Assembly: GCA_965242525.1 (NCBI GenBank)
Contig: OZ251459.1
Span: forward strand, 2,624,001-2,688,000
Direction: 5' to 3'
Source: an uncultured Candidatus Binatia bacterium
Lineage (GTDB): Bacteria; Desulfobacterota; Binatia; UBA9968; JAJDTQ01
Length of the DNA: 64,000 bases
The notes under the pieces were generated by a model. It was not told the DNA's origin and made no database searches. It was given only the letters and a program-made list of their open reading frames with translations. Within the stretch, counting starts at the first letter, position 1, and the number at the start of each line of letters is the position of its first letter. This document shows positions 1-8,699 of the stretch, piece after piece. Position numbers and translations under genes: made by a program.

Positions 1-91
1 GCGCCGTGCTGCAATCGTAGAACCTCATGACGTCGTCGCCTCCCTTCCCGTCGAGGAAACCCCGAACAACGATCCCCGCCGACTACAACCC

Positions 92-221
92 GGAACCTCT
101 GAACAATCGAGGTAACATGAGCGCGTCCTTCGACTTCGCTTCGCTACGCTCAGGATGAACGGGGATAGAAGTGTCAGAGTGAGGGAAGCCATCCTGGACG
201 TCTCGATTATTCAGATGTTCC
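92..221. mobile_element. MITE family A copy (IS5-like TIRs, internal REP-like palindrome)
   Basis: TIRs GGAACCTCTGAACAATCGAG / CTCGATTATTCAGATGTTCC (18/20 match), flanked by the 4-bp direct repeat ACCC. Confidence 0.8.
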
Positions 222-369
222 ACCCGTTCGTCCCGAGCGCAGCGCCTCGTCAACCATATCCGTCCCGAGCGTGGCGCCTTGCCAACCATACCCGTTCGTC
301 CTGAGCGTAGCGAAGCGAAGTCGAAGGACGCGCTTTCCCGTGGGGACGAGGTTCATCGAGGCGGAACCT

Positions 370-1260
370 TCAAGTCGAGCCGCGGAAGGAGCGCAGCAGT
401 TCCAGGGTCTCCCGGTCTTCCTTCAGGTCCTTGCCCTTGGGGGTCTCCAGGCACATGGGCAGGCCGAAGAAACGCCGGTCGTTCACCAGCAGGCGGAAGG
501 CTTCCAGGCCGATGTGCCCCTTGCCGATAATCTCGTGCCGGTCCACGCGGCAGTTGAGTTCCTTCTTCGAATCGTTCAGGTGGAACGCGGCGATGAGGCC
601 CAGGCCGATCTTCTCGTCGAACTCCTCGAACGTGCGTTCGTAGCCCTCGCGGGTGCGGATGTCGTATCCCGCGGCAAAGGCGTGCTCGGTGTCGAAGCAG
701 ACCCTCAGCCGCTCGCCGGTCTTCACGCCGTCCATGATGCGGCGGATGTGCTCGAAGCGATGGCCCAGGTTGGTGCCCTGGCCAGCGGTGATCTCCAGCG
801 CCACCCGGACCCGGTAGCCTTGGCAGCGCCGATGGACCGCGTCCAGGGAGCGGGCGATGGTGCGGAGTCCGGCCTCCTCTCCCTGTCCCGTGTGCGCCCC
901 AGGATGGGCGACGAGCCAGGGGATGGCCAGGGCCTCGCAGCGCTCCATCTCGTCCACGAAGGCCGCCACCGACTTCTTGCGCAGCTCCTGGTCCGGGGCG
1001 CCGAGGTTCAGCAGGTAGGAGTCATGGGCGATCACGGTGTGGATCGGCCCGGCCTCCCAGGCGTCCCGGAACGCGCGGACGTCCTCCTCGCCCAGGGGCG
1101 CCGAAGCCCACTGCCGCGAAGACTTGGTGAAGATCTGTACGGCCTCGCAGCCGACGCTCTCCCCGGCGTGCAGCGCGTTCCGGACCCCGCCCGCGATGGA
1201 CATGTGCGCTCCCAGCAACGGACGGTCCGCGGGTTTCTCCTTTCGGGGCGCGGAAGTCAT
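370..1260 (-). CDS. nfo: Endonuclease IV (AP endonuclease)
   Basis: LGAHMSIAGG, HDSYLLNLG, HPG, LEITAGQG, CFDTEH, HLNDSK, DRHE, ETP motifs. Confidence 0.95.
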   Translation of the reverse strand: MTSAPRKEKPADRPLLGAHMSIAGGVRNALHAGESVGCEAVQIFTKSSRQWASAPLGEEDVRAFRDAWEAGPIHTVIAHDSYLLNLGAPDQELRKKSVAAFVDEMERCEALAIPWLVAHPGAHTGQGEEAGLRTIARSLDAVHRRCQGYRVRVALEITAGQGTNLGHRFEHIRRIMDGVKTGERLRVCFDTEHAFAAGYDIRTREGYERTFEEFDEKIGLGLIAAFHLNDSKKELNCRVDRHEIIGKGHIGLEAFRLLVNDRRFFGLPMCLETPKGKDLKEDRETLELLRSFRGST

Positions 1261-1390
1261 GGACGCTTCTTACCACAGAGACGCGGTGCGCTACAGGGGG
1301 GACGGACATGGTGGTTCCTTCGCCCCGGCCCCGGTTGCTCCCCGCGCCGGATTGAAGTATTCCAGACAACCGGGAACGAGGAGGCTTGCC

Positions 1391-1798
1391 ATGGCGAACT
1401 GGCTGCTCAAGACCGAACCCGGCGTTTATTCCTTTGCGGACCTTCAGCGGGACAAGAGGACGGTGTGGGACGGGATCAAGAACAACTTGGCCCTCATGCA
1501 CCTGAAGACCGTGAAGAAGGGCGACCGCTGCATCATCTACCATACCGGCGGGCAGAGGGTGTGCATGGGCCTGGGCACGGCCACCACCGGCGCCTATCCC
1601 GACCCCGAGAAGGACGACCCCAGGCTCCTGGTGTTCGACATCGAGGTGGGCAAGCCCCTGGCTCGCTCGGTGTCGCTGAACGAGATGAAGCTCAACCCCA
1701 AGCTGGAAGGCTTCGACCTGTTCCGCCTGGGCCGGCTTTCCTTCGTGCCCGTGAGCGACGCCCACTACGAAGTGATCCTGGACATGTCCCGGAGTTGA
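1391..1798 (+). CDS. EVE domain protein
   Basis: MANWLLKTEP..YSF.DL, WDGIKN, GD..IYHTG, RLS..PV; GAGGAGG RBS upstream of ATG 1391. Confidence 0.9.
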   Translation: MANWLLKTEPGVYSFADLQRDKRTVWDGIKNNLALMHLKTVKKGDRCIIYHTGGQRVCMGLGTATTGAYPDPEKDDPRLLVFDIEVGKPLARSVSLNEMKLNPKLEGFDLFRLGRLSFVPVSDAHYEVILDMSRS

Positions 1799-1850
1799 AC
1801 CAACCTCTCCGGCGCATCCGGGAGGCTCCGGGCAACGAGAGGAGGGACCC

Positions 1851-2117
1851 GTGAAAAAGGCGGACTTCCGGCAGTTCTACCGCGACGCCCACGCCGTCGA
1901 TTGCCTCAGCGAGCGGGAGAAGATCTTCCTGGGCCTCGCCGTGGCCATGACCCGGAACTGCGACCCGTGAGTGGATCGACGCCTTGCGGACGCAAGGAAA
2001 TCGGGACTCACGGAGGAAGAATTGGACGCCGCGGTGGACGTCATCGCCGCGGTGGACGCCGGTATCCTGCAATCCCTCAACCAGCGCATCAAGCAGCGGC
2101 GGAAGGAGCGGGAATGA
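1851..2117 (+). CDS. AhpD/carboxymuconolactone decarboxylase-like protein, predicted selenoprotein (CxxU; Sec TGA at 1968-1970)
   Basis: RBS GAGGAGG + GTG 1851; reads MKKADFRQFYRDAHAVDCLSEREKIFLGLAVAMTRNCDP-TGA-VDRRLADARKSGLTEEELDAAVDVIAAV...; the CMD-like pattern continues in frame past the TGA; hairpin follows. Confidence 0.8.
1971..2003 (+). promoter_or_regulatory. Candidate bacterial SECIS element
   Basis: Stem CCTTGC (1982-1987), loop GGAC, GCAAGG (1992-1997); loop starts with G, 17 nt after the TGA. Confidence 0.7.
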
Positions 2118-2239
2118 CGGGGGTGAGCGTCTGCGGGAATGACGGGATAAGCGCCCGTAGCCTCGATGATTGAAACTATGCTACAATTCGACCCTGTTTC
2201 ACCCTGAGCACTCCCGATGAACCAGGAAGGAGACTCCGC

Positions 2240-4036
2240 ATGAGGAAACTCTACACGATCATCCCCGTTCGTCCCGAGCGTAGCGGAGCGAAGTCGAAGG
2301 ACGCCCTCTTCGTCCTCGCAACCGTCCTCATGGTCGCGGCCCTCGCCGGCTGCGGCGGCAGCGGCAGCAAGATGGCGGCGCTGCCCATGCCTACCCCCAT
2401 AGCGCTGCCTCAGGGCATCGTGCTGGAACCGGGCGCCATCTTGACCATCCCTGCAGGCACGAAACGGACCGTCGGGCAGGCCGACGGCATCAGGGCCGTC
2501 GCCAGTTGCCCCCAAGGCGGCGAAGACTGCGTCATCACCGCCGGAGCCGACGGCGCCGCCCAGTACACCGGCGGCATGCCCACCGTAGATACCGTTCCCT
2601 ATACCACCATCCAACTGCCCGAAGGCGACCTCATGCTGCCCGAGGATCCCATCACCATCCTTGCCGGCACCTCCTACATACTTCGCCAAACCTTCGACGC
2701 CAGGACCGAACTCAAATGCCCCGACGACGGCCCGGACTGCGTCGTCTCCCTTGCCGAGAACGGCGCCGCCGAATCCACCGGCGGCGCCCCCACGGTCGTG
2801 ACCTACACCACCCTGTACCTGCCCATTGGCCATACCCTGACCGAAGGCCCCATCCTTGCCGGTGAGAGCCGGCCGTTGGGCGGCTATTCCAAAGGCAGCA
2901 GCAATGTCCTCGTGTGCCCGGCCGACGGCCCGGACTGCGAGATCGTCCTCGGGGAATACGACTTCGAATCCACCGGCGGCGCGCCCTACGTCGATACCAC
3001 GGTCACCAACCAGATGGTCTGGCAGGCCAACAACGGCCCTGACGGGACTTCCGACGGAGCCCACGCCAGGGGCCTCGAAGGGAGGCTGATCCGGGGCAGC
3101 AACCTCAACGTCACCAACCCCCTGCTCGGATCAGGGGGGAGCCAGCGGGCCCAAAGGCAGACAGCCGTGGTGAACAACACTCGGAACATGGGATCGGATC
3201 CCATGCGGACGGTGACGCCCACCGCAAGCTGGGCCAGCAGCGACGCCGCGCCGACGCTGGGGTTGACCGTGTCGAACACGGGGGCCAACACCTTCTCGGT
3301 TGACGACGACAGTGATCTCCCCAGCCTTGGAACCGGTTGGAACGGCGCCGTGCTGCACAAAACCGTCCCCACCGGAAACACCGGGCATGCCATCCTCTAC
3401 TCGGACATCACGAAGCAACCTGCCGGGGGAAGCGCGGACACCTTCTACATGACCCTCGGAGTATGGCTGGTGATGCCCGACGACCCCGCCGCCGCCAGCA
3501 CCCTCTACGACCTGGGGGCCTTCGCGCATGGCTCGTCGGGCCTGCTCAGCAGTGTGACCGGCTCAATCCACCCTATCACCGGCATGGCCACCTTCAGAGG
3601 TCCGGCAGCCGGTCTCTATTCCGCGGCTACCTACAGCGACTCGGGCGGCTCGCGCGCGCTGGAAACCGCAGAGGTCGGCTCCTTCACCGCAACCGCCACC
3701 ATCAACGCGAACTTCGGCGGGGCTGGCTCCTTTTCAGGTGTCAGCGGAACCGTGACCGATTTCATGGAGAACGGCGAATCCCTCGGCAATTGGAGAGTGA
3801 ACCTCGACACTACGTCCAACAGCACCGCCGGCAGTCCGGCACTCTTCATAGGCCAGATTTCTGGCGGTCAAGCAGGCAGTCGTAGTCTGGGTACCGGAAA
3901 CTGGGGAGTCGAGTTCTACCGGAGCGGCGCCAGCGGTCACCCGGACTTCGCCGTGGGGATTTTCACTGCCTCCACCCTCGGCCCCGCTGAAGATGCCCTG
4001 CACATCGTCGGCGCCTTCGGCGCAGAACGACAATGA
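2240..4036 (+). CDS. Surface lipoprotein with three Cys-pair repeats and a TbpB-like C-terminal beta-barrel
   Basis: RBS AGGAAGGAG; lipobox LAGC; 3x CPxxGxDC...TGGxP repeats; ends ..HIVGAFGAERQ like transferrin-binding-protein-like barrels. Confidence 0.7.
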   Translation: MRKLYTIIPVRPERSGAKSKDALFVLATVLMVAALAGCGGSGSKMAALPMPTPIALPQGIVLEPGAILTIPAGTKRTVGQADGIRAVASCPQGGEDCVITAGADGAAQYTGGMPTVDTVPYTTIQLPEGDLMLPEDPITILAGTSYILRQTFDARTELKCPDDGPDCVVSLAENGAAESTGGAPTVVTYTTLYLPIGHTLTEGPILAGESRPLGGYSKGSSNVLVCPADGPDCEIVLGEYDFESTGGAPYVDTTVTNQMVWQANNGPDGTSDGAHARGLEGRLIRGSNLNVTNPLLGSGGSQRAQRQTAVVNNTRNMGSDPMRTVTPTASWASSDAAPTLGLTVSNTGANTFSVDDDSDLPSLGTGWNGAVLHKTVPTGNTGHAILYSDITKQPAGGSADTFYMTLGVWLVMPDDPAAASTLYDLGAFAHGSSGLLSSVTGSIHPITGMATFRGPAAGLYSAATYSDSGGSRALETAEVGSFTATATINANFGGAGSFSGVSGTVTDFMENGESLGNWRVNLDTTSNSTAGSPALFIGQISGGQAGSRSLGTGNWGVEFYRSGASGHPDFAVGIFTASTLGPAEDALHIVGAFGAERQ

Positions 4037-4042
4037 AACCGC

Positions 4043-4080
4043 GCGCTTCATGCTTTCGTCCCCCCGAAAGCATGAAGCGC
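4043..4080 (+). terminator. 16-bp perfect hairpin after the lipoprotein gene (possible terminator)
   Basis: GCGCTTCATGCTTTCG...CGAAAGCATGAAGCGC; no U-tract; a second GC hairpin lies at 4106-4133. Confidence 0.5.
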
Positions 4081-4184
4081 CCTCCCGCCCAACCCCAACT
4101 CGCCTGCCCCGGGTCCGATGGCGGACCCGGGGCTCCGGCGTTGTTGAAACCCGCGGGCCAAGGTGCTAAAGGTCAGGGATCCGT

Positions 4185-4261
4185 GGTCGCATAGCTCAGC
4201 CGGTTAGAGCGCTTGCCTCACATGCAAGAGGTCGCAGGTTCGAGTCCTGCTGCGACCACCA
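4185..4261 (+). tRNA. tRNA-Val (anticodon CAC)
   Basis: Acceptor stem GGTCGCA/TGCGACC, D-arm AGCTCAGCCGGTTAGAGC, anticodon arm CTTGC-CTCACAT-GCAAG, GGTTCGAGTCC T-arm, encoded CCA. Confidence 0.97.
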
Positions 4262-4296
4262 CGAACTCCCTTCCTCGTCCCTTCCTTCCGCATCCA

Positions 4297-4469
4297 GGAA
4301 ACCCTGAACGACCCTCCCGGTTCGTCCCGAGCCTGGAATCCCCGTTCATCCTGAGTCTGAACAGCCATCCCCGGTTCGTCCTGAGCCTGAACGACCATCC
4401 CCGTTCGTCCTGAGCGTAGCGAAGCGGAGTCGAAGGACGCCTTTCCCGGGAAAGACGACCAGACGTTCC
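4297..4469. mobile_element. MITE family A copy with tandem partial REP units
   Basis: Left end GGAAACCCTGAACGA, four GTTC(G/A)TCC(C/T)GAG units, right end ..CAGACGTTCC; flanks TCCA/TTCA. Confidence 0.6.
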
Positions 4470-4470
4470 T

Positions 4471-4764
4471 TCACCGTTCCCGACGGAGAGACTTGGCATC
4501 GCGTCCCCTCCTTCCCCGCCCTCGGAGGACCAGCGCCGCCGCGGTTCCGTAAACCATGCCGTTGAGGACCGCGATGCACCCCACCGCCCACACCGGGCTC
4601 GGGACGAGGTTGACGACGGGAAGCGAGAGCGCCACTCCGGGAGCCGCAAGGAACTGGATCGCCGCGTGGATTTGCGGGGTCGCTGCGGGAAGGGCGGCTG
4701 CGCCCGCCAGGACCACGGCGAACCCGGCCAGGAATCCCCATGTGAAGACCCGCGCCCCGGACAT
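4471..4764 (-). CDS. Small hypothetical membrane protein
   Basis: MSGARVFTWGFLAGFAVVLAG..., 2-3 hydrophobic segments, directly downstream of the MFS gene. Confidence 0.55.
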   Translation of the reverse strand: MSGARVFTWGFLAGFAVVLAGAAALPAATPQIHAAIQFLAAPGVALSLPVVNLVPSPVWAVGCIAVLNGMVYGTAAALVLRGRGRRGRDAKSLRRER

Positions 4765-4793
4765 TCGAGGACCCTCCAGGACTGGACGACGGC

Positions 4794-5978
4794 CTACGCG
4801 GAGGTCTCGCGGACGCTGATCACCAGCAGTCCGAACACCGCGAAGGCCAGCGCCGACCCCAGCAGCATGGACAGCGTCATGCTGTCCAGCCAGGTGATGA
4901 GCTGCCCCATGGCCACCGGGGTGGTGAGGGCGGCCACGTAGTGCATGGACATGATGAGGCCGCTGGCCGCGCCCACCCGCCCCGTGGCCGCGGAGTCCTG
5001 GGCCAGGGCCACCACCAGCGAGGGCACCGGGGACTTGCAGAGGCCCAAGAGGCAGATCCCCGCGGCCAGCGCCAACGGCTGGGCCAGCCATCCATAGACG
5101 GCCGCGGCCACGGCCACGCCGGGAAACGCGCCCAGCAGGATGATCCGCTTCCGCCCCAGGCGGTCCGACAGTATCCCCAGCACCATGGCGCCGATGATGG
5201 GTGTGGCGCCCCAGGAGGCCATGACCATCCCGGCCTCGTCCAGGGTCAGGCCGGCGGCCGTGCGCAGGAACGTGGGCGTCCAGGACGAGGTGATCCAGAA
5301 CACCGCGCCGCCGAAGAACTGCGCCACCGCCAGCAGCACCATGTTGCGGTTCAGCACCCCGGCCTTTCCCTTGCCGGACGGGCGGCGGGCGGGCCCTGCC
5401 CGGCGCGGTTCCCGCACCCGCAGCCACTGGACCAGCGCGATGGCCCCGGCGATGAAGCCCACCGAGGCGGTGGCCCCGCGCCAGCCGAAGCGCCGGATCA
5501 TGGCCGCGGCGGTGACGGGGCCGGTGACGCTGCCCAGGCCGTAGGTGGAAGAGAGCAGGCCCATGCCCAGTCCCCGCCTGCCGGGCAGGAGGTCCGAGAC
5601 CAGGGACAGCACCGTGGCGGTGATGAAGCCGTAGCCCAGCCCGGCCACCGCCAGGAACGCCACCGCGGAGCCGTAGTCCCGGACGGCGGACACGAGCCCG
5701 AACCCGGCGCCCAGGGCGATGCCGCCGGCCACCAGGACCCGGCGCCGGCCCAGGCCGTCGGAGAGTCGTCCCGCCAGCCAGCTCGCGGATGCCGCGGCGA
5801 CGAACACCGCGGAGAAGAGGGTTCCGGCCCGGACCGCGGAAAGGTCCAGGGCGGCGCGGATCTCCGGCAGGGCGATGCCCAGCACCGAGACCACCATGGC
5901 CGGTCCCACGGCCGAGAGGGCGGCGATCCAGACGGACCCCCAGTCGGTGCGGACGGACTGGGGGGGTTCGGCAGGCAC
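4794..5978 (-). CDS. MFS transporter
   Basis: About 12 TM segments; GRLSDGLGRRR and GILSDRLGRKR motif A. Confidence 0.9.
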   Translation of the reverse strand: MPAEPPQSVRTDWGSVWIAALSAVGPAMVVSVLGIALPEIRAALDLSAVRAGTLFSAVFVAAASASWLAGRLSDGLGRRRVLVAGGIALGAGFGLVSAVRDYGSAVAFLAVAGLGYGFITATVLSLVSDLLPGRRGLGMGLLSSTYGLGSVTGPVTAAAMIRRFGWRGATASVGFIAGAIALVQWLRVREPRRAGPARRPSGKGKAGVLNRNMVLLAVAQFFGGAVFWITSSWTPTFLRTAAGLTLDEAGMVMASWGATPIIGAMVLGILSDRLGRKRIILLGAFPGVAVAAAVYGWLAQPLALAAGICLLGLCKSPVPSLVVALAQDSAATGRVGAASGLIMSMHYVAALTTPVAMGQLITWLDSMTLSMLLGSALAFAVFGLLVISVRETSA

Positions 5979-6049
5979 GGGTCAGGGGTTCCGGGAACGC
6001 GCGGCTGCGGGCTCCGCGGTCGGACCGAGGCGCAAGACGGCCAAGCGGG

Positions 6050-7027
6050 CTACGCGCCGAAGGCGATCTCGGATATGCACGGCAGCCCGCTGGCCACCGT
6101 GCGGCAGCTCGATCCCTCCACCACCATGATCTCGCCTTCGGAGGTGGCGGCGATGACGCCGGGGCCGTCCGGGTCGGGCACGGTGTCCATGATGCCGCCG
6201 CGGAATCCCTCGGCCAGCACCTTCCAGTCCGCGGCCTCGTGCTCGCTCCGCAGGATGGCCGAGCTGGCCCGTTCCTTGCGCACCCAGGTGTTGGGCCGGC
6301 CCAGGGCGACCCCGAGGTAGAGGCTGCCGTCGTCGGTCTCGGTCACGGTGGTGCCGTAGGTCCGGGCTTCGGACGGGGTGATCTCTTCCCAGTGGGCGGC
6401 CCGGTCCAGGCTGCGGAAGACGCCTTCGCCGCACGCGGCCACCACCAGCTCGGGCTCGTGCTCCGAATGGTGGAGCTGGTGCACGTCCCGGTCCCACATG
6501 CCCTCGTTGGCGGCGCGCCAGCCCCCGCCGTTGTCGTCGCTCAGGAGCAGCCCCCCCACCTCGATGCCCGCGTAGAGGCGCGACGGCGAGGAAGGGTCCG
6601 CGGTCAGGTAGCGGGTGCGGGGCGCCTGGGCCGGGTTCGGCGGAAAGGTCCCGCCCGCGCCGCCTTCCCGCACGTCCGGAAGCTCTTGCCATCCCTGCCC
6701 CGGGCTCCCGTGGAAGAGCGCCGCGGGACGGGTCCCCACGAACACGGACCCGGGCACGGCCCACAGCGAGAAGATGTCCAGGTGCGGCACGTTGGGGTCG
6801 GACCGGGTCCAGGTCTCCCCCCGGTCACGGCTGAAGAACAGGCCCGAGTGCTCGGTGCCCGCATACACGGTCCGGGGGTCTTCCGGGTCCACCGCGACGC
6901 AGGTGAGGGCCCAGAACGTGAGGGCGCGATCGACCTCGTTCCAGGAATCGCCGTTCTTCTCGAAGCGGTACCACCCGGAATGGGTCATGACGTGGAGTGC
7001 CCTGGTATGCCCGTTGGTGCTGCTCAT
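6050..7027 (-). CDS. BNR/Asp-box beta-propeller protein
   Basis: Repeated SxDxGxTW boxes (SRDRGETW, SDDNGGGW, SLDRAAHW); start MSSTNGH with GGAGG RBS. Confidence 0.8.
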   Translation of the reverse strand: MSSTNGHTRALHVMTHSGWYRFEKNGDSWNEVDRALTFWALTCVAVDPEDPRTVYAGTEHSGLFFSRDRGETWTRSDPNVPHLDIFSLWAVPGSVFVGTRPAALFHGSPGQGWQELPDVREGGAGGTFPPNPAQAPRTRYLTADPSSPSRLYAGIEVGGLLLSDDNGGGWRAANEGMWDRDVHQLHHSEHEPELVVAACGEGVFRSLDRAAHWEEITPSEARTYGTTVTETDDGSLYLGVALGRPNTWVRKERASSAILRSEHEAADWKVLAEGFRGGIMDTVPDPDGPGVIAATSEGEIMVVEGSSCRTVASGLPCISEIAFGA

Positions 7028-7106
7028 GGCGCTTTCCTCCGGCGGGGTTGGCGGACGACATGGGTAACCTGCGACCTGTACCAGCCCTACCAGCCTCCCG
7101 GCTCCG

Positions 7107-7220
7107 GTGTCAAGCTCGGAGAGGCCGGGGCCGGCGTGTTGCCGACTTGGTGGCGGCCGCGGAGCAGGGGGGGTGAGGCGTGTGTCAAGCTCGGAGAGGC
7201 CGGAGGCGGCGTGTTGCCGA
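7107..7220. repeat. Two 39-bp direct repeats, each containing TTGACA on the minus strand
   Basis: GTGTCAAGCTCGGAGAGGCCGG..CGGCGTGTTGCCGA at 7107-7145 and 7182-7220. Confidence 0.7.
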
Positions 7221-7328
7221 GGCCGGGTTCCGGCTCGAACACGCCGCAACGCCGCTCGAAACCGTCGGCGGTCCGGGGGAGGGGCGCACGGCCGCCCTGC
7301 CTCCGGCCCGGTCCCGGGGCCGGCGGGG

Positions 7329-8081
7329 TCAGGCGTCGGACAGCAGCGGGTTCAGGTTGCGGAAGAACTCGCCGATCTCTCCCTGGTAGAGGTAGTCGGC
7401 CAGGGAGTCCATGGGGGTCGCCTCGCGGTTGACGATGGCCAGCAGCGCGCCCGCCTGCTTGGCCACCACCGGGAACGACGCCGCGGGCTGGACCACCAGC
7501 GAGGAGCCCACCACCACGAAGACCTCCGCGGCTTCGCTCCACGCCTGCGCCCGCTGCATGGCCTCCCGCGGCATGGGCTGGCCGAAGGAGACGGTGCCGG
7601 ACTTGAGCAGGCCGTTGCACGCGTCGCAGCGCGGCGAGACGAACTCTTCGCCCAACGCATCCAGCACCGCGTCCGGGTCGAACGCCTTGCCGCAGCCGAG
7701 GCACGCCACGGTCCGGTCTGAGCCGTGCAGCTCGACGATCTTGTCCTCGGAGACGCCGCCCCGGCTGTGCAGGCCGTCGATGTTCTGGGTGATGAGGCCG
7801 AGCAGTTGCCCGCGCTTCTCCATGTCGCGGATGGAGGTGTGGCCGATGTTGGGCTCCACCTCCCGGTAGAGGCGATGGCTCTCCTTCTTCCGCCGCCACG
7901 CCCGCACCCGGGCCTCTTCGCTGCTCAGGAACTCGTCGAAGTAAACCGGCTTCATCCGGGTCCAGGTCCCGCCCGGGCTGCGGAAGTCCGGGATGCCCGA
8001 CTCGGTGCTGATGCCGGCCCCGGTAAAGAACACGATGTCCGCGGCGCGCCGGACCCTTGCGGCGAAGTCTTCCAGCGTCAT
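7329..8081 (-). CDS. cobB: Sir2-family NAD-dependent protein deacylase
   Basis: FTGAGISTESGIPDFRS, ITQNIDGLH, ELHG, Zn-binding CxxC pairs, VGSSL.VQPAA. Confidence 0.9.
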   Translation of the reverse strand: MTLEDFAARVRRAADIVFFTGAGISTESGIPDFRSPGGTWTRMKPVYFDEFLSSEEARVRAWRRKKESHRLYREVEPNIGHTSIRDMEKRGQLLGLITQNIDGLHSRGGVSEDKIVELHGSDRTVACLGCGKAFDPDAVLDALGEEFVSPRCDACNGLLKSGTVSFGQPMPREAMQRAQAWSEAAEVFVVVGSSLVVQPAASFPVVAKQAGALLAIVNREATPMDSLADYLYQGEIGEFFRNLNPLLSDA

Positions 8082-8231
8082 GGCTTGGCCCCCGGAGCGG
8101 ACGGACGCCCGGAACTCCCGGCGGTCGTCCGCTCGCCCATGGCCCGCAAGTGTCGTGAATGTCGCTCGAGAAGTCAAACCCGGCCGCCGGGGGAGGTTCC
8201 GTTGACTCGCTTCATGGAGAGGGATATTCAT

Positions 8232-8601
8232 GGAACGTCTGGTCGATTCCGGATCGATTTCCGTCTCCGTGCGGGAAAGCGCGTCCTTCGACTCCGCTTC
8301 GCTACGCTCAGGACGAACGGGGAGGATTCCGCTTTGCTCGGGGCGAACGGAGAGGACTTCGTTTCGCTGCGCTCGGGACGAACGGGGAGAGTCGTTTCCT
8401 CATGGAAACTCCGAACAATTCCGGCTTGAACTCCATCTCCGTGCGGGAAAGCGCGTCCTTCGACTTCGCTTCGCTACGCTCAGGACGAACGGGGAGGACT
8501 CCGCTTTGCTCGGGGCGAACGGAGGGGACTCCGCTTTGCTCAGGACGAACGGAGAGGACTCGGTTTCGCTGCGCTCGGGACGAACGGGGAGAGTCGTTTC
8601 C
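8232..8601. mobile_element. Tandem pair of MITE family A elements
   Basis: TCAT-[8232-8399]-TCAT-[8404-8601]-TCGT; each contains the REP-like unit plus degenerate partial copies. Confidence 0.7.
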
Positions 8602-8699
8602 TCGTGTTCGACGGGGGAAGGGATGCATGCCGGTGACGGAGTTCGAAACGAGGCAGGGCCAATCCGCGGGTCCCGCCTGACCACTCGCCCACGCGCCCC

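Noticed and set aside
83-530. Short ORFs containing PVRPERSEAKSKDA or SFDFASLRSGRT peptides (here and in many other intergenic regions)
   Set aside because: They are translations of the REP unit, not genes; the exception is 2240, where an RBS and lipobox support translation.
4185-4261. tRNA-Val as an integration site for an island or prophage
   Set aside because: No integrase and no duplicated tRNA 3' end found in the window.
7107-7220. Two 39-bp repeats with a 36-nt spacer resembling a mini-CRISPR
   Set aside because: Only two imperfect copies, no cas genes and no leader; more likely a local duplication of a promoter-containing segment.
7329-8081. Sir2 gene as a Thoeris/defence partner of the TIR protein
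   Set aside because: It is a canonical Zn-binding CobB-type deacylase 24 kb away, in a housekeeping context.
8232-8601. Regularly repeated units resembling a CRISPR array
   Set aside because: The intervening sequences are similar to each other and the units match the dispersed REP/MITE family.
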